DNA of 64,000 bases, taken from the IMG/VR virus record IMGVR_UViG_3300042876_000344. One strand, given 5' to 3'. Numbering within the stretch: position 1 is the stretch's first letter; each line of letters starts with the position of its first letter. This stretch comes from a virus. A program made the translations under genes and the position numbers. Of the stretch, positions 53,159 to 61,586 are shown piece by piece. The notes under the pieces were generated by a model. The model was given only the letters and a program-made list of their open reading frames with translations. It made no database searches and was not told where the DNA came from.

Positions 53159-53547
53159 AAATCAAACGGCCCGCCTACTACGACCTCGACTTCGCCAGCG
53201 AACTCGAAGCTCGATGGTTCGTTCTCTTCGCGGAGCAGGGCACGAAGATCATCCTGCACCCAGACTCCCCTGAAGGATGGGAGAAATTCCCAACACAGCC
53301 TTCATTCTTGATCGACGACATATGGTGCTACGCTCTCGTCGTGCCGCAAGGCAAGTCTCCATCAAAGAAAGTCCTGGCCGATTTCAAGGAGTGGGACGGC
53401 GAAGGGGCATCGGGCCTCTGGGTCTTTGAGGGCCCTCCGGCCGACAAACTCTACGATGGCGTCCACCCTAGCCTCTACTGGAAGAATATTCCAACCCCGG
53501 AATTCGAACGCGCACTCAAGATCGCCCTTTCCATCCAGTTCGAGTAG
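53155..53547 (+). CDS. hypothetical protein with degenerate PD-(D/E)XK-like N-terminal motif
   Basis: ATG 53155 (ATGA). FASELEARWFVLFAEQG resembles the S.LEARWA.FF opening of small phage nucleases, but the downstream D/E.K positions are not conserved. Confidence 0.5.
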   Translation: MKIKRPAYYDLDFASELEARWFVLFAEQGTKIILHPDSPEGWEKFPTQPSFLIDDIWCYALVVPQGKSPSKKVLADFKEWDGEGASGLWVFEGPPADKLYDGVHPSLYWKNIPTPEFERALKIALSIQFE

Positions 53548-53555
53548 TCACCACC

Positions 53556-55547
53556 ATGACAGCCATGCCCTCCCACTCATCCTCCCCCATGCTCGAATGG
53601 GCCCTCCGCTACGCCGCCATGGGCTGGCCCGTCTTCCGGCTTCAGGGGAAAAAACCCGTCAAGGACACCCACGGATTCAAGGACGCCACGACCGATCCCG
53701 ACCAGATCCGCGACTGGTGGCGCGTCAACTACAACATCGGGATCCACTGCAGTCAGTTCTGGGTCCTCGACGTCGATCCCGCGAAGGGTGGCTTCACATC
53801 TCTCCAATCCTTCCCTGAAAAACTCGATACCCTCACCCAGATCACGGGCTCCGGCGGCCGGCACTACCTCTTCCAGAACCCCGGCTTCCACGTCAGCAAC
53901 TCATCCGAATCCATCGCCCCTGGCGTCGACGTTCGAGGATCGGACGGCTACATCGTCGCCTGCCCCTCCATCCACCCGGATACCCGCAAACCCTACGAAT
54001 GGTACGGGACCAAGGACCCCACTCCCCAGGACATCAAACCCGCCCCTCAGTGGCTCCTCGACAAACTGACGAAACCAGCCCCGCCGGCGCCCATCACCAT
54101 TTCCGAGAAAATCTCCAAGGGCCAGCGCCACAAAACCCTCACCTCTCTCGCCGGCACCATGCGACGCCGCGGCTGCACTCCCGAGGAAATCCTCGCAGCT
54201 ATCCGCGTCACCAACTCCACCCGCTGTGACCCGCCCTACAACGACAAACACCTCCAGCAGATCGCCAACAGCATGGAGAAATACGCACCGGCTTTATCCC
54301 CCGCGGAAACGCCGGTCGAGGTCTCAACCCTCCCCGACTGGACCAAAATGCTCCAGCGCAATGACAAGGGCAAACCCATCCCCAACGTCGTCAACGCCTC
54401 TCTCCCCCTCAACTTCGACCCCGCCTTCGCCGACGCCATCCGCTTCAACCTCCTCCGATCCTCCATCGAAATCTCCCGCAACATCCCCGAGATGCTCGTC
54501 TACAACGCCCCCTGCGAATGGGCCGACAAACACGACATCGCCTACGCCGCATGGTGCCAAACCAAGGGAATCCAGATCGCCCCCACCACCGCAGCCCACG
54601 CCGCCATCCTTATCTCCAACCTCAGATCCTTTCACCCCGTCCAGGAATACCTGAACTCTCTCGTCTGGGACGGCGTTCCGCGGATCACCACCTGGCTCAA
54701 CGCCTACTGCGGCGTCGAGGACAACCTCTATACCCAGACCGTCGGCCGCAAATGGCTTATCTCCGCCGTCAACCGCGCCCTCCACCCCGGATGCAAGGTC
54801 GACTCCTGCCTCATCCTCGAAGGCAAACAGAACATCGGCAAATCCCGGGCCCTCAACATCCTCGGCGGAGACTGGTACACCGACCAGATCAAGGATCTCG
54901 ACTCCAACGACGCCGCCCTCCAGGCTTCCCGCGTCTGGATCGTCGAAATCGGCGAGCTCGACGCCTTCCGCAAATCCGAAACTACCGCCTTCAAGGCCTT
55001 CCTCTCACGCCAAATCGACCAGTTCCGACCCGCCTACGGCCGCCACGTCCAAACATTCCCCCGCCAGTGCGTCTTCGCCGGCACCACCAACCAGGATCAG
55101 TACCTCCACGACGAAACAGGGAATAGGCGTTTCTGGCCCGTACGCTGCCACCAGATCCTCCAGGACGCCCTCGCCACCGATAGGGACCAACTCTGGGCCG
55201 AGGCCGTCGTAGCGGCCAATTCCGGCGAACCCTGCTGGATCGAGGACGCCGACGTCATCACCGCCGCCACCGGCGAAGCCAATATCCGCTTCATCGACGA
55301 CGCCTGGGCCGAAAAACTTATCCCTTGGATGGTCGACCGCTTCGCCATGGGCGACAGATTCGTCACCACCTCTCAACTCCTCGAATCCTGCCTCGACATG
55401 CGCACCAAGGACTGGACCCAGCGCGATCAGGACCGCGTGGCTAAAATCCTACGCCAACTCCACTTCGCGCGCCGCAAATTCCGCTCCGGTCAATCAGTCG
55501 TCTGGGGATGGCATCCAACCTCAGACTCCACCTCCCCATTCGACTAG
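53556..55547 (+). CDS. bifunctional prim-pol primase / D5-VirE-type P-loop helicase
   Basis: N-terminal prim-pol (GWPVFRL.GKKP....GFKDAT.D...I..WW, VLDVD, SGGRHYLF, DVRGSDGYIVACPSIH). PriCT-like (KGQRHKTLTSLAGTMRRRG). Walker A in LILEGKQNIGKSRALNILGG. Confidence 0.9.
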   Translation: MTAMPSHSSSPMLEWALRYAAMGWPVFRLQGKKPVKDTHGFKDATTDPDQIRDWWRVNYNIGIHCSQFWVLDVDPAKGGFTSLQSFPEKLDTLTQITGSGGRHYLFQNPGFHVSNSSESIAPGVDVRGSDGYIVACPSIHPDTRKPYEWYGTKDPTPQDIKPAPQWLLDKLTKPAPPAPITISEKISKGQRHKTLTSLAGTMRRRGCTPEEILAAIRVTNSTRCDPPYNDKHLQQIANSMEKYAPALSPAETPVEVSTLPDWTKMLQRNDKGKPIPNVVNASLPLNFDPAFADAIRFNLLRSSIEISRNIPEMLVYNAPCEWADKHDIAYAAWCQTKGIQIAPTTAAHAAILISNLRSFHPVQEYLNSLVWDGVPRITTWLNAYCGVEDNLYTQTVGRKWLISAVNRALHPGCKVDSCLILEGKQNIGKSRALNILGGDWYTDQIKDLDSNDAALQASRVWIVEIGELDAFRKSETTAFKAFLSRQIDQFRPAYGRHVQTFPRQCVFAGTTNQDQYLHDETGNRRFWPVRCHQILQDALATDRDQLWAEAVVAANSGEPCWIEDADVITAATGEANIRFIDDAWAEKLIPWMVDRFAMGDRFVTTSQLLESCLDMRTKDWTQRDQDRVAKILRQLHFARRKFRSGQSVVWGWHPTSDSTSPFD

Positions 55548-55588
55548 AGGCCAAGAGGCCAAGAGGCCAAGAGGAACATGAGGAACAT
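55547..55588. repeat. tandem GAGGCCAA x3 followed by GAGGAACAT x2
   Basis: Read directly. Begins at the last base of the primase stop codon. Confidence 0.95.
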
Positions 55589-56054
55589 TTGTTACCCTCC
55601 GCAAGTCATTGATTCATTACCTATGTACCCTATGTTCCTCTTGTTCCCCCTATATACTGATACATTATACATATCGTATACCGCCTACGGTACACCACCA
55701 CCCCCCCCCCTGTTCCCCACGCCTCTAGGGAAATGGGTGCAACATAGAGGAACGGAGGAACAAATCTCGCAACCTCCAAAGAATCAATTAGATACAGACT
55801 GCAGGCAAAGAGGAACATCTGTTCCCCGTTCCTCTCAAATAGGGGACCCATCGCCAAAATGGACCAGGCAGTACCCAGTCCGTCGTACCTCCGCCCAGGC
55901 AGGCCTAGCTAAAACGCGCGCAAGGGGACCCGTGCACGCGCGGGGGTAGGGGGAGGGGGTGGTCTCGCGCGCAGGACATTGCCCTAGTCTTGGACATGTC
56001 CTGGACTACAGACAGAGCAGGACTACAGTCAAGACACGAGACAAGACACGAGAC
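55547..56054. promoter_or_regulatory. putative replication origin / iteron field
   Basis: GAGGAAC(A) cores at 55571, 55580, 55747, 55755 and 55810 (+), and at 55634-55640 and 55828-55834 (-). A/T-rich block 55651-55680. C10 run 55701-55710. GC-rich palindromes at 55915-55975. GGACATGTCC near 55992-56001. Tandem AAGACACGAGAC x2 at 56031-56054. No convincing gene. Confidence 0.5.
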
Positions 56055-56076
56055 CAGTCGGTTCCGATAATGGTGA

Positions 56077-56790
56077 TTATCGGGCAGGTGGAGGCGGTGG
56101 CGGCGGGGCGAAGGGGTCGATGCCCTGGCCGATGAGCCTGATGGCCTGCTTGCGTTCGGCGGCACTCAACTTTTGAAGGAGCTGCATTCGGCTCGGCGGC
56201 TTTGGCGGCTTCGGTTGCCGCTTGACGGGCGGTGGCAGCTCGGCAACCGGTTCAGGGTCAGGCTCAGGTGCCGGCAACGCCTCAACCTCAACCACCTGGC
56301 CCTGGTCCTGCTCCTGGCCCTCATCCAGGACCTGCGGAGTGTAGACCAGCATCTGAACGGTGGTCTGCGAGTGAACCTGGTTCACCTCGCCTCGAAGCTG
56401 GGCCTGGAGCTGAAGTGCTGCCGTTTCAGCACGATCCACGGACGCCCACCCGGAAACGTCCTTGTCCTTCTCCGCGAGATCCAGTATCCGGTCATAGCGG
56501 GCGAGCTTCTTCGCCACGAGGTCGGCGGTACTGGTTTGAGCGATCAGCGCCGGTAGCACGTTTTTAGTCATTCGTGCTACGCCGGCAGCGTCCTTGTTAA
56601 CTTGAGACCGGGTATTGGGATAGTTTCCGAGGGCGGCTGGTCTAACGATACGTTGCTTAAAACGGCTGAGGGTTTGGCAGGTGAGGCCAAAATCGGATGC
56701 TATCGACCTGAGCGTATCTCCCGCTAAGATTCTGGAAATAATAGCCTTAGACTCCGGGTGCGATGCGATCTTGGAGGAAAAGTTGCTCAC
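56077..56790 (-). CDS. HTH DNA-binding protein (candidate immunity regulator or orphan small terminase)
   Basis: GTG 56790. N-terminal HTH ISRILAGDTLRSIASDFGLTCQTLSRFK, central coiled coil, PEPDPEP and poly-Pro C-tail. The only minus-strand gene in the right arm. Confidence 0.6.
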   Translation of the reverse strand: MSNFSSKIASHPESKAIISRILAGDTLRSIASDFGLTCQTLSRFKQRIVRPAALGNYPNTRSQVNKDAAGVARMTKNVLPALIAQTSTADLVAKKLARYDRILDLAEKDKDVSGWASVDRAETAALQLQAQLRGEVNQVHSQTTVQMLVYTPQVLDEGQEQDQGQVVEVEALPAPEPDPEPVAELPPPVKRQPKPPKPPSRMQLLQKLSAAERKQAIRLIGQGIDPFAPPPPPPPAR

Positions 56791-56976
56791 AATCCGATTT
56801 TGGGCGGGTGAAAGTGCGTTTTCGCTCGGCTTGGAGTCGGTTTGAGTCGGTTTTTGGGGGCCGAACGGCGGTAAAGCTGCCCGCTAAAAAGAATATTTCG
56901 TTTATTTTCAGTAGTTTAAGGCGCCATAGGATTCATCCTAGTTGTTTCGTACAGAGTTCCGATATCAAATGAACAC

Positions 56977-57126
56977 ATGACGCCGACACAAGGAATTTGG
57001 AGAGCGAAAACGGCGGCGATAGGTGCGGCGAGCCCGTACCGGGCGGCGTTGCGGTCGTTGTTGGCTGATGGATGCCCGCGCCGGTTGGCGGGGCAGATAG
57101 CGAGGAAAATATGCGCGGGCAGTTAG
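56977..57126 (+). CDS. possible 49-aa Cro-like/HTH-like ORF (below track cutoff)
   Basis: ATG 56977 lies 8 nt after TATCAA (56963-56968). MTPTQGIWRAKTAAIGAASPYRAALRSLLADGCPRRLAGQIARKICAGS*. Overlaps the next gene by 16 nt. Confidence 0.3.
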   Translation: MTPTQGIWRAKTAAIGAASPYRAALRSLLADGCPRRLAGQIARKICAGS

Positions 57127-57332
57127 ATGTTCTGCGGGAAATAGCGCACGCGGCGGGGTTCGTGGCGTATACGGTGGAACTGGACGCGGGCGAAGTGCTG
57201 GAAGTCAGCATGGAACGCGATAACGGCGACCACCTGAAGATTATAGGCCGGTGGTGGTATTACACGCCATGGGGCGCGACACTACCGACGATTGGGATGG
57301 ACCAGGCGACGTTGAAGGCGGTGACGAAATGA
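57111..57332 (+). CDS. hypothetical small protein
   Basis: ATG 57111 with GAGGA 5 nt upstream. MRGQLDVLREIAHAAG. Confidence 0.55.
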   Translation: MRGQLDVLREIAHAAGFVAYTVELDAGEVLEVSMERDNGDHLKIIGRWWYYTPWGATLPTIGMDQATLKAVTK

Positions 57333-57553
57333 AGGGGCAACTAGAGATTCTTCACGGCCTCTGGGCGATCCGCTGGGAAGGGGGCCGGGTGGATTTCACC
57401 CGGTTCCCGCCGACAGTGAAAGCAGAGCGTGTGCTGCGGGCGGTTCAAGCGGAGTTTAAGGGATTTGAAATAACCGGTCCGGCAGAGCCGGGCTGGTTAT
57501 TTGATGAGATGTGGGAAGTAACGCCGTTGTTTGCGGCGGAAGGAGAGAAATGA
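57329..57553 (+). CDS. hypothetical small protein (N-terminus similar to the preceding gene)
   Basis: ATG 57329 (ATGA). MKGQLEILHGLW compared with MRGQLDVLREIA. Confidence 0.55.
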   Translation: MKGQLEILHGLWAIRWEGGRVDFTRFPPTVKAERVLRAVQAEFKGFEITGPAEPGWLFDEMWEVTPLFAAEGEK

Positions 57554-57714
57554 GAAACGTAACGTTGTACCGGAGCGCGGGCGGTGTGCTGGTCACCCGC
57601 CGACGCGTGAGAGATGCTCGGGCGGATCTGAGGATTCACCCGGAGCTGTGGATGCCGGTTTATGACCCGACGCCGTTACTGGCAGTGGGGGAATCACTGG
57701 AGGTGCGGCGCTGA
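57550..57714 (+). CDS. hypothetical 54-aa protein
   Basis: ATG 57550 (ATGA coupling). Confidence 0.45.
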   Translation: MRNVTLYRSAGGVLVTRRRVRDARADLRIHPELWMPVYDPTPLLAVGESLEVRR

Positions 57715-57784
57715 GCAACCGATCGTGCCGCCGGTTTGGATCGGCGGCAGTGTCGGGGGTTCAGCCCCGGGAAGGAATGAGGAA

Positions 57785-57973
57785 ATGAGAATCAGACCAT
57801 GGCCGAACGGGCGCGGGTGCGATGTGGGCCTGACAGAGGTCCACTACGGCGAGCACCTGAGCGTATGGCATCACACGGAAGGCGGGCGCGTGAAACATCT
57901 GACGGCGCCGGCGAGTATGGGAGTTTTGGAAGCCGTCCGGCTGTGCCGGGCGAGAGGGGAGAGGGTGAGATGA
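57785..57973 (+). CDS. hypothetical 62-aa protein
   Basis: ATG 57785 after GGAATGAGGAA. Its stop is coupled (ATGA) to the next gene. Confidence 0.5.
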   Translation: MRIRPWPNGRGCDVGLTEVHYGEHLSVWHHTEGGRVKHLTAPASMGVLEAVRLCRARGERVR

Positions 57974-58383
57974 CGAAGAAGATGAAAGAACGCATGATCG
58001 CCATCGGCGAATTGAAAGCACTGCTGAAGCCGGGCGATACCGTGTACACGATTCTGAGGCATTGCAGCCGATCAGGGATGAGCCGGGTTATTGATCTCCA
58101 GGTGATGGTGAACAATGAGCCGCGATTCATCGGCTGGACTGCGGCGGTTGCCATGGGCGACCGCTACGACGACAAGCGGGGAGGGATCGTCATCGGCGGC
58201 TGCGGGATGGATATGGGGTTTGCTCTGGTTTATAACCTCGCCTCCGTGGTGTTCGCTGACGGATTCACCTGCCCGGGGCCTGGCTGCCCGTCTGCCGATC
58301 ACTCGAACGGCGACCGGAATTATGAACCGCACGAGCACGCGGGCGTTGCTGGCGGGTACGCGCTGCGGCAGAGGTGGCTGTAA
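57970..58383 (+). CDS. conserved-looking hypothetical protein (GCGMDMGF motif)
   Basis: ATG 57970 (ATGA). YTILRHCSRSGMSRVIDL...GGCGMDMGFALVYNL...CPSADHSNG. I recognise the pattern from other phages but not a function. Confidence 0.6.
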   Translation: MTKKMKERMIAIGELKALLKPGDTVYTILRHCSRSGMSRVIDLQVMVNNEPRFIGWTAAVAMGDRYDDKRGGIVIGGCGMDMGFALVYNLASVVFADGFTCPGPGCPSADHSNGDRNYEPHEHAGVAGGYALRQRWL

Positions 58384-58508
58384 TGGAACTCACCCTATCT
58401 CAGTTGGTTTTGATCGCGGGATGCGGGCTCATCCTGCTGGTCTGCGGGATTGTGGACGCGCGGGATTATGCGCGGCGGAAGCGGATTATCCGGAGGTGCA
58501 TGGAATGA
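58383..58508 (+). CDS. 41-aa single-pass membrane peptide (below track cutoff)
   Basis: TAATG coupling. MELTLSQLVLIAGCGLILLVCGIVDARDYARRKRIIRRCME*. Confidence 0.45.
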   Translation: MELTLSQLVLIAGCGLILLVCGIVDARDYARRKRIIRRCME

Positions 58509-58714
58509 AACCCTGCGAGTGCGGCAGTGTTGAGTTTGAAATTGAGGCGGTATATGCGGCGAAGGACCGCATCCGTCTGGATCGGGGAAGCAATGATTTC
58601 GATATCACCGACACCCACTACGGCGATGGCGAGTGGGAAGACTGGGAAGCGGTCACGTGCTGCGAGTGCGGGAAAACGATGACGTATTCGGAATGGAGCA
58701 ATCAGGATGAGTAA
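58505..58714 (+). CDS. small zinc-ribbon-like protein
   Basis: ATG 58505 with GGAGG 8 nt upstream. CECG..(46)..CCECG. Confidence 0.55.
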   Translation: MKPCECGSVEFEIEAVYAAKDRIRLDRGSNDFDITDTHYGDGEWEDWEAVTCCECGKTMTYSEWSNQDE

Positions 58715-58886
58715 TCACTACGTTGTCACCTGGGAGATGGATATCGACGCGGGCACGCCTGAAGAGGCGGCCCGCCAGGCGTGGGAGGCGATGCGACGGC
58801 CTGAGAGCACTGCCAACGTGTTCGATGTGCTGGACACTGAGGGCGGGTGTACGAGGGTGGACCTGATGGAGGGGGGAGATAACTAA
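58707..58886 (+). CDS. hypothetical 59-aa acidic protein (below track cutoff)
   Basis: ATG 58707. MSNHYVVTWEMDIDAGTPEEAARQAWEAMRRPESTANVFDVLD... Confidence 0.5.
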   Translation: MSNHYVVTWEMDIDAGTPEEAARQAWEAMRRPESTANVFDVLDTEGGCTRVDLMEGGDN

Positions 58887-58887
58887 A

Positions 58888-59361
58888 ATGTGTTGCTGCG
58901 AGAAACCAAATATCAACGGAGAGATGGGCTACTCATGGGACGGGGAAAGCATAGGCGTGCGTCCAGCTTCCGCCCCGGAGGTAGCCGAACGGGATGTGAT
59001 TTTGTTTGATGAGCCCGGCAGATGTGGGGGGATGGATAGCCACTGCCACCACTACAGGCTAGTGAAGAACGTGGGCACTTACCTACTGGTTCGGAACGGT
59101 GGGGGAGACCAGCGCTTGCGCGTTTCTCTTCCTCGCGGATTCTCCCTCGAATTTATGGATTCCAATACTCGGTATTGGATACTGAACGCGATCTACCACG
59201 CCCATTCAGACGGGATTAGCGAGGCGCGCACTAATACCGCTGCCGAGTTCCGGAAGGCGTTTGCGGAGGGCAGGCTCAAGAAGCGCAAGCTACGGGGGAG
59301 CAACTCCGTAAAGGTTTGGATTGAGGATCGGCTGAGAACACCAGAGCAACCGGGGGAGTAA
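58888..59361 (+). CDS. hypothetical protein with MCCCE N-terminus
   Basis: Track ORF. Confidence 0.55.
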   Translation: MCCCEKPNINGEMGYSWDGESIGVRPASAPEVAERDVILFDEPGRCGGMDSHCHHYRLVKNVGTYLLVRNGGGDQRLRVSLPRGFSLEFMDSNTRYWILNAIYHAHSDGISEARTNTAAEFRKAFAEGRLKKRKLRGSNSVKVWIEDRLRTPEQPGE

Positions 59362-59444
59362 TCCCCCATGGCCCGCAGGGTTGACGCCTCCACGTGGCGC
59401 GGGCTGGATTCGACAGAGAGCAACCGGGAAGGAACAAGGAGAAC

Positions 59445-59678
59445 ATGACACCACTGGAAGCATTGATTCACCGCTACGGAGCGGACCGGTCAATGGAATA
59501 CACCGGCGACATCTGGGGGAATCTGGATATCACATTGACGCCTGCCGAAGTGCTGGCACTGCACCAGGCGCAGGGGTGGGATGAGGACGGCTACGCTGTT
59601 CGCAACGGAGACCGGCGCGGGGACGCCACGCTGGTGCACGAGCCGAGCGGAATCACGATTCTGAGGCTCGCGCAATGA
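59445..59678 (+). CDS. hypothetical small protein
   Basis: ATG 59445 with AAGGAG 4 nt upstream, inside track ORF 59394..59678. Confidence 0.55.
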   Translation: MTPLEALIHRYGADRSMEYTGDIWGNLDITLTPAEVLALHQAQGWDEDGYAVRNGDRRGDATLVHEPSGITILRLAQ

Positions 59679-60133
59679 CCCAATCCGCCCTATTCGAAAT
59701 CCCAGTAGCCACTGAGCGGAACTTCTACCGCTGCGGGGACTGCCTGTCGGTAGTGGCCGTCGACGGTCGCCGGCAACGGCTGAGTTGCCAGTGCGGCGGC
59801 ACGCTGGAGCACATGGGCCGGGTCGAGGGTGACCGGCTGACGAAAACGCAGTACCTCTGCCCGTGCGACGGCCGGTGCACGGGCGCCCTAGGGCCGAACT
59901 GCGACTGCCAGTGCGGCGGGGCGAACCACGGGAGCGGGCGGGTGGTGGAGGTCCAGGTGGACGCCGGGCGGGCCGTGGTGAAGCCGCAGAACTGGGGGCA
60001 GGCTCAGCGAATAGCCGAGGAGTACCGACGAGCCGTGAACACTGCCAGGGCGCGGGGCGTGTCGCTGTGGCGACTGAACGCGGCGGCGGCGCTGAAGACA
60101 CACGGGAAACGGATGGAGATGCTGACGAAGTAG
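59675..60133 (+). CDS. multi-Cys zinc-binding-like protein
   Basis: ATGA coupling. YRCGDC..SCQCGG..CPCDGRCTG..CDCQCGG. Confidence 0.55.
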   Translation: MTQSALFEIPVATERNFYRCGDCLSVVAVDGRRQRLSCQCGGTLEHMGRVEGDRLTKTQYLCPCDGRCTGALGPNCDCQCGGANHGSGRVVEVQVDAGRAVVKPQNWGQAQRIAEEYRRAVNTARARGVSLWRLNAAAALKTHGKRMEMLTK

Positions 60134-60174
60134 GGCGCGTCCTGCGCCCCTGCCCTCGCGAGTCGGGGGCAGGG
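60133..60174 (+). other. two overlapping GC-rich hairpins without T-run
   Basis: GGGCGC-gtcct-GCGCCC (60133-60149) and CCCTGCCC-11 nt-GGGCAGGG (60148-60174), directly after a stop codon. Confidence 0.3.
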
Positions 60175-60199
60175 AGGGAGGACGAACCAAAAGAGAACC

Positions 60200-60433
60200 A
60201 TGAACAGAATGAGCGTGAGGGGAATACACACAGGGCGCGTTGTCCTGTCGTGGGACGATCGACAGGTGGCAACCCTGGTCAAAGGGATTGACGCCAGTTC
60301 AAGGAGGCACCACTGGCACGTTATCTTGCGAAGCGGCCAGTACCCCGTGGGGCCGACTAGCCCATGCCTTCTCATTGCCTGCCGACAGGTGATCCGGCAC
60401 TACTGGACGACATTCCAGGGCGGGGGGATTTAG
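60200..60433 (+). CDS. hypothetical small protein
   Basis: Track ORF. Confidence 0.4.
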   Translation: MNRMSVRGIHTGRVVLSWDDRQVATLVKGIDASSRRHHWHVILRSGQYPVGPTSPCLLIACRQVIRHYWTTFQGGGI

Positions 60434-60441
60434 GAGAGACG

Positions 60442-60753
60442 ATGAAGACACCACCAGCGCCTGCCTGTAAAGGCTCCCTGCGTGATCTGTGCAACGCGGG
60501 GCTTGATGGTTTCGCCATATCAGAACTAGCTGCATCTGAAGAGTTTTTTGTAATTAGGGGGAGTCGGCTGCCGATATTCATCGCCTCGGCTGACGGTGTG
60601 TTTATGGGTGATGACGTAGCCCCCGCCAATGCGTGGGAGCGGGTGTGGTGCCATGTGTGCTGGCAACTCAGCTATACGGATGCCGAAGTTGAGGAGTACA
60701 GGGGTTACTTCGAGTTGATTGAAGCGTGGATTGAGGGAGAAACCAGTGAATGA
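60442..60753 (+). CDS. hypothetical protein
   Basis: ATG 60442 with AGGAGA 4 nt upstream, inside track ORF 60364..60753. Confidence 0.55.
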   Translation: MKTPPAPACKGSLRDLCNAGLDGFAISELAASEEFFVIRGSRLPIFIASADGVFMGDDVAPANAWERVWCHVCWQLSYTDAEVEEYRGYFELIEAWIEGETSE

Positions 60754-61579
60754 TCTTGCTCTCCATCGCCCTGATTTGGGCGCTATTGCGCGTCTGGCAG
60801 TCGACGCGCAACGAAACGAGAACACTGCACGGGCGTATGCCAGAGCCATCAACCGATACGTCGAGTGGCACGTCCAGCAGCCGGAGCCGTTCAGCCGGCG
60901 AACTGTGATGGCGTGGATGAAAGAGACGGGCGCCGGCAACCAGGAGTTGTCGGCGCTTCGCACGTTGGCGCGGGAAGCCTACCAGAACGGGCTGATCGAC
61001 GACGCCACCACGTACGGCATCACGATGATTCCGGGGGTGCGGCACGAGGGCCGGCGGTCGGGGAACTGGCTGGACCGCGCCAACCTGGCGAAACTGCTGG
61101 AGGTCGCCGCGGATCGGCCGCGGGATCTCGCAATGATTCACCTGCTGACGTACGGGGCGTTGAGGAGAGAAGAGGTGGTGGGCTTGGACTGTGAGCAGCT
61201 GGTCCAGCGGTCGGGCCGGTGGGTGCTGCTGGACGTCAAGCGGAAACGGAATCGAATCCAGACGATCCCACTACTGGAGAGCACTGCCTGGGTGGTGGGG
61301 TCCTGGATCAAAGGAAAGACCGGGAAGATGTTCCCAATCACCAGCCGAAGACTGTACGACATCGTGCGGGAACTGGCCGGACTGGCAGGGATTGAGGATT
61401 TGGGATGCCATGATCTGAGACGGACGGGTGCAGCGCTGATGCGATCTGCGGGCGCGCCGCTGGAGAAGATCCAGAAACACCTGGGACACGCCAGCATCAT
61501 GACGACCACGATTTATTTGCAGGATGTGGACGACCTCAGCGATTCCGCTATTGACTATTTACCAAAAAATAGTGGATAA
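60746..61579 (+). CDS. int: tyrosine recombinase / phage integrase (short, XerC/D-like)
   Basis: N-terminal SAM-like ENTARAYARAINRYVEW. Catalytic ALRREE (R), HDLRRTGAALM (HxxR) and LGHASIMTTTIY (H..Y). Start GTG 60746 (GGGAG upstream) or ATG 60719. Confidence 0.88.
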   Translation: MNDLALHRPDLGAIARLAVDAQRNENTARAYARAINRYVEWHVQQPEPFSRRTVMAWMKETGAGNQELSALRTLAREAYQNGLIDDATTYGITMIPGVRHEGRRSGNWLDRANLAKLLEVAADRPRDLAMIHLLTYGALRREEVVGLDCEQLVQRSGRWVLLDVKRKRNRIQTIPLLESTAWVVGSWIKGKTGKMFPITSRRLYDIVRELAGLAGIEDLGCHDLRRTGAALMRSAGAPLEKIQKHLGHASIMTTTIYLQDVDDLSDSAIDYLPKNSG

Positions 61580-61586
61580 TACACCA

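Noticed and set aside
55547-55588. Possible CRISPR-like array (GAGGCCAA / GAGGAACAT tandem repeats), and likewise the 62850..63260 repeat
   Set aside because: The units are 6-9 nt and directly abutting, with no spacers of 25-40 nt, and there are no cas genes. They are not CRISPR arrays.
55578-56165. Track ORFs 55578..55949 (+), 55630..55857 (-) and 55905..56165 (-) in the primase-downstream region
   Set aside because: They run through tandem octamers/nonamers, a C10 run and palindromes. They have no SD and implausible peptide composition. The region is better explained as an iteron/origin field.
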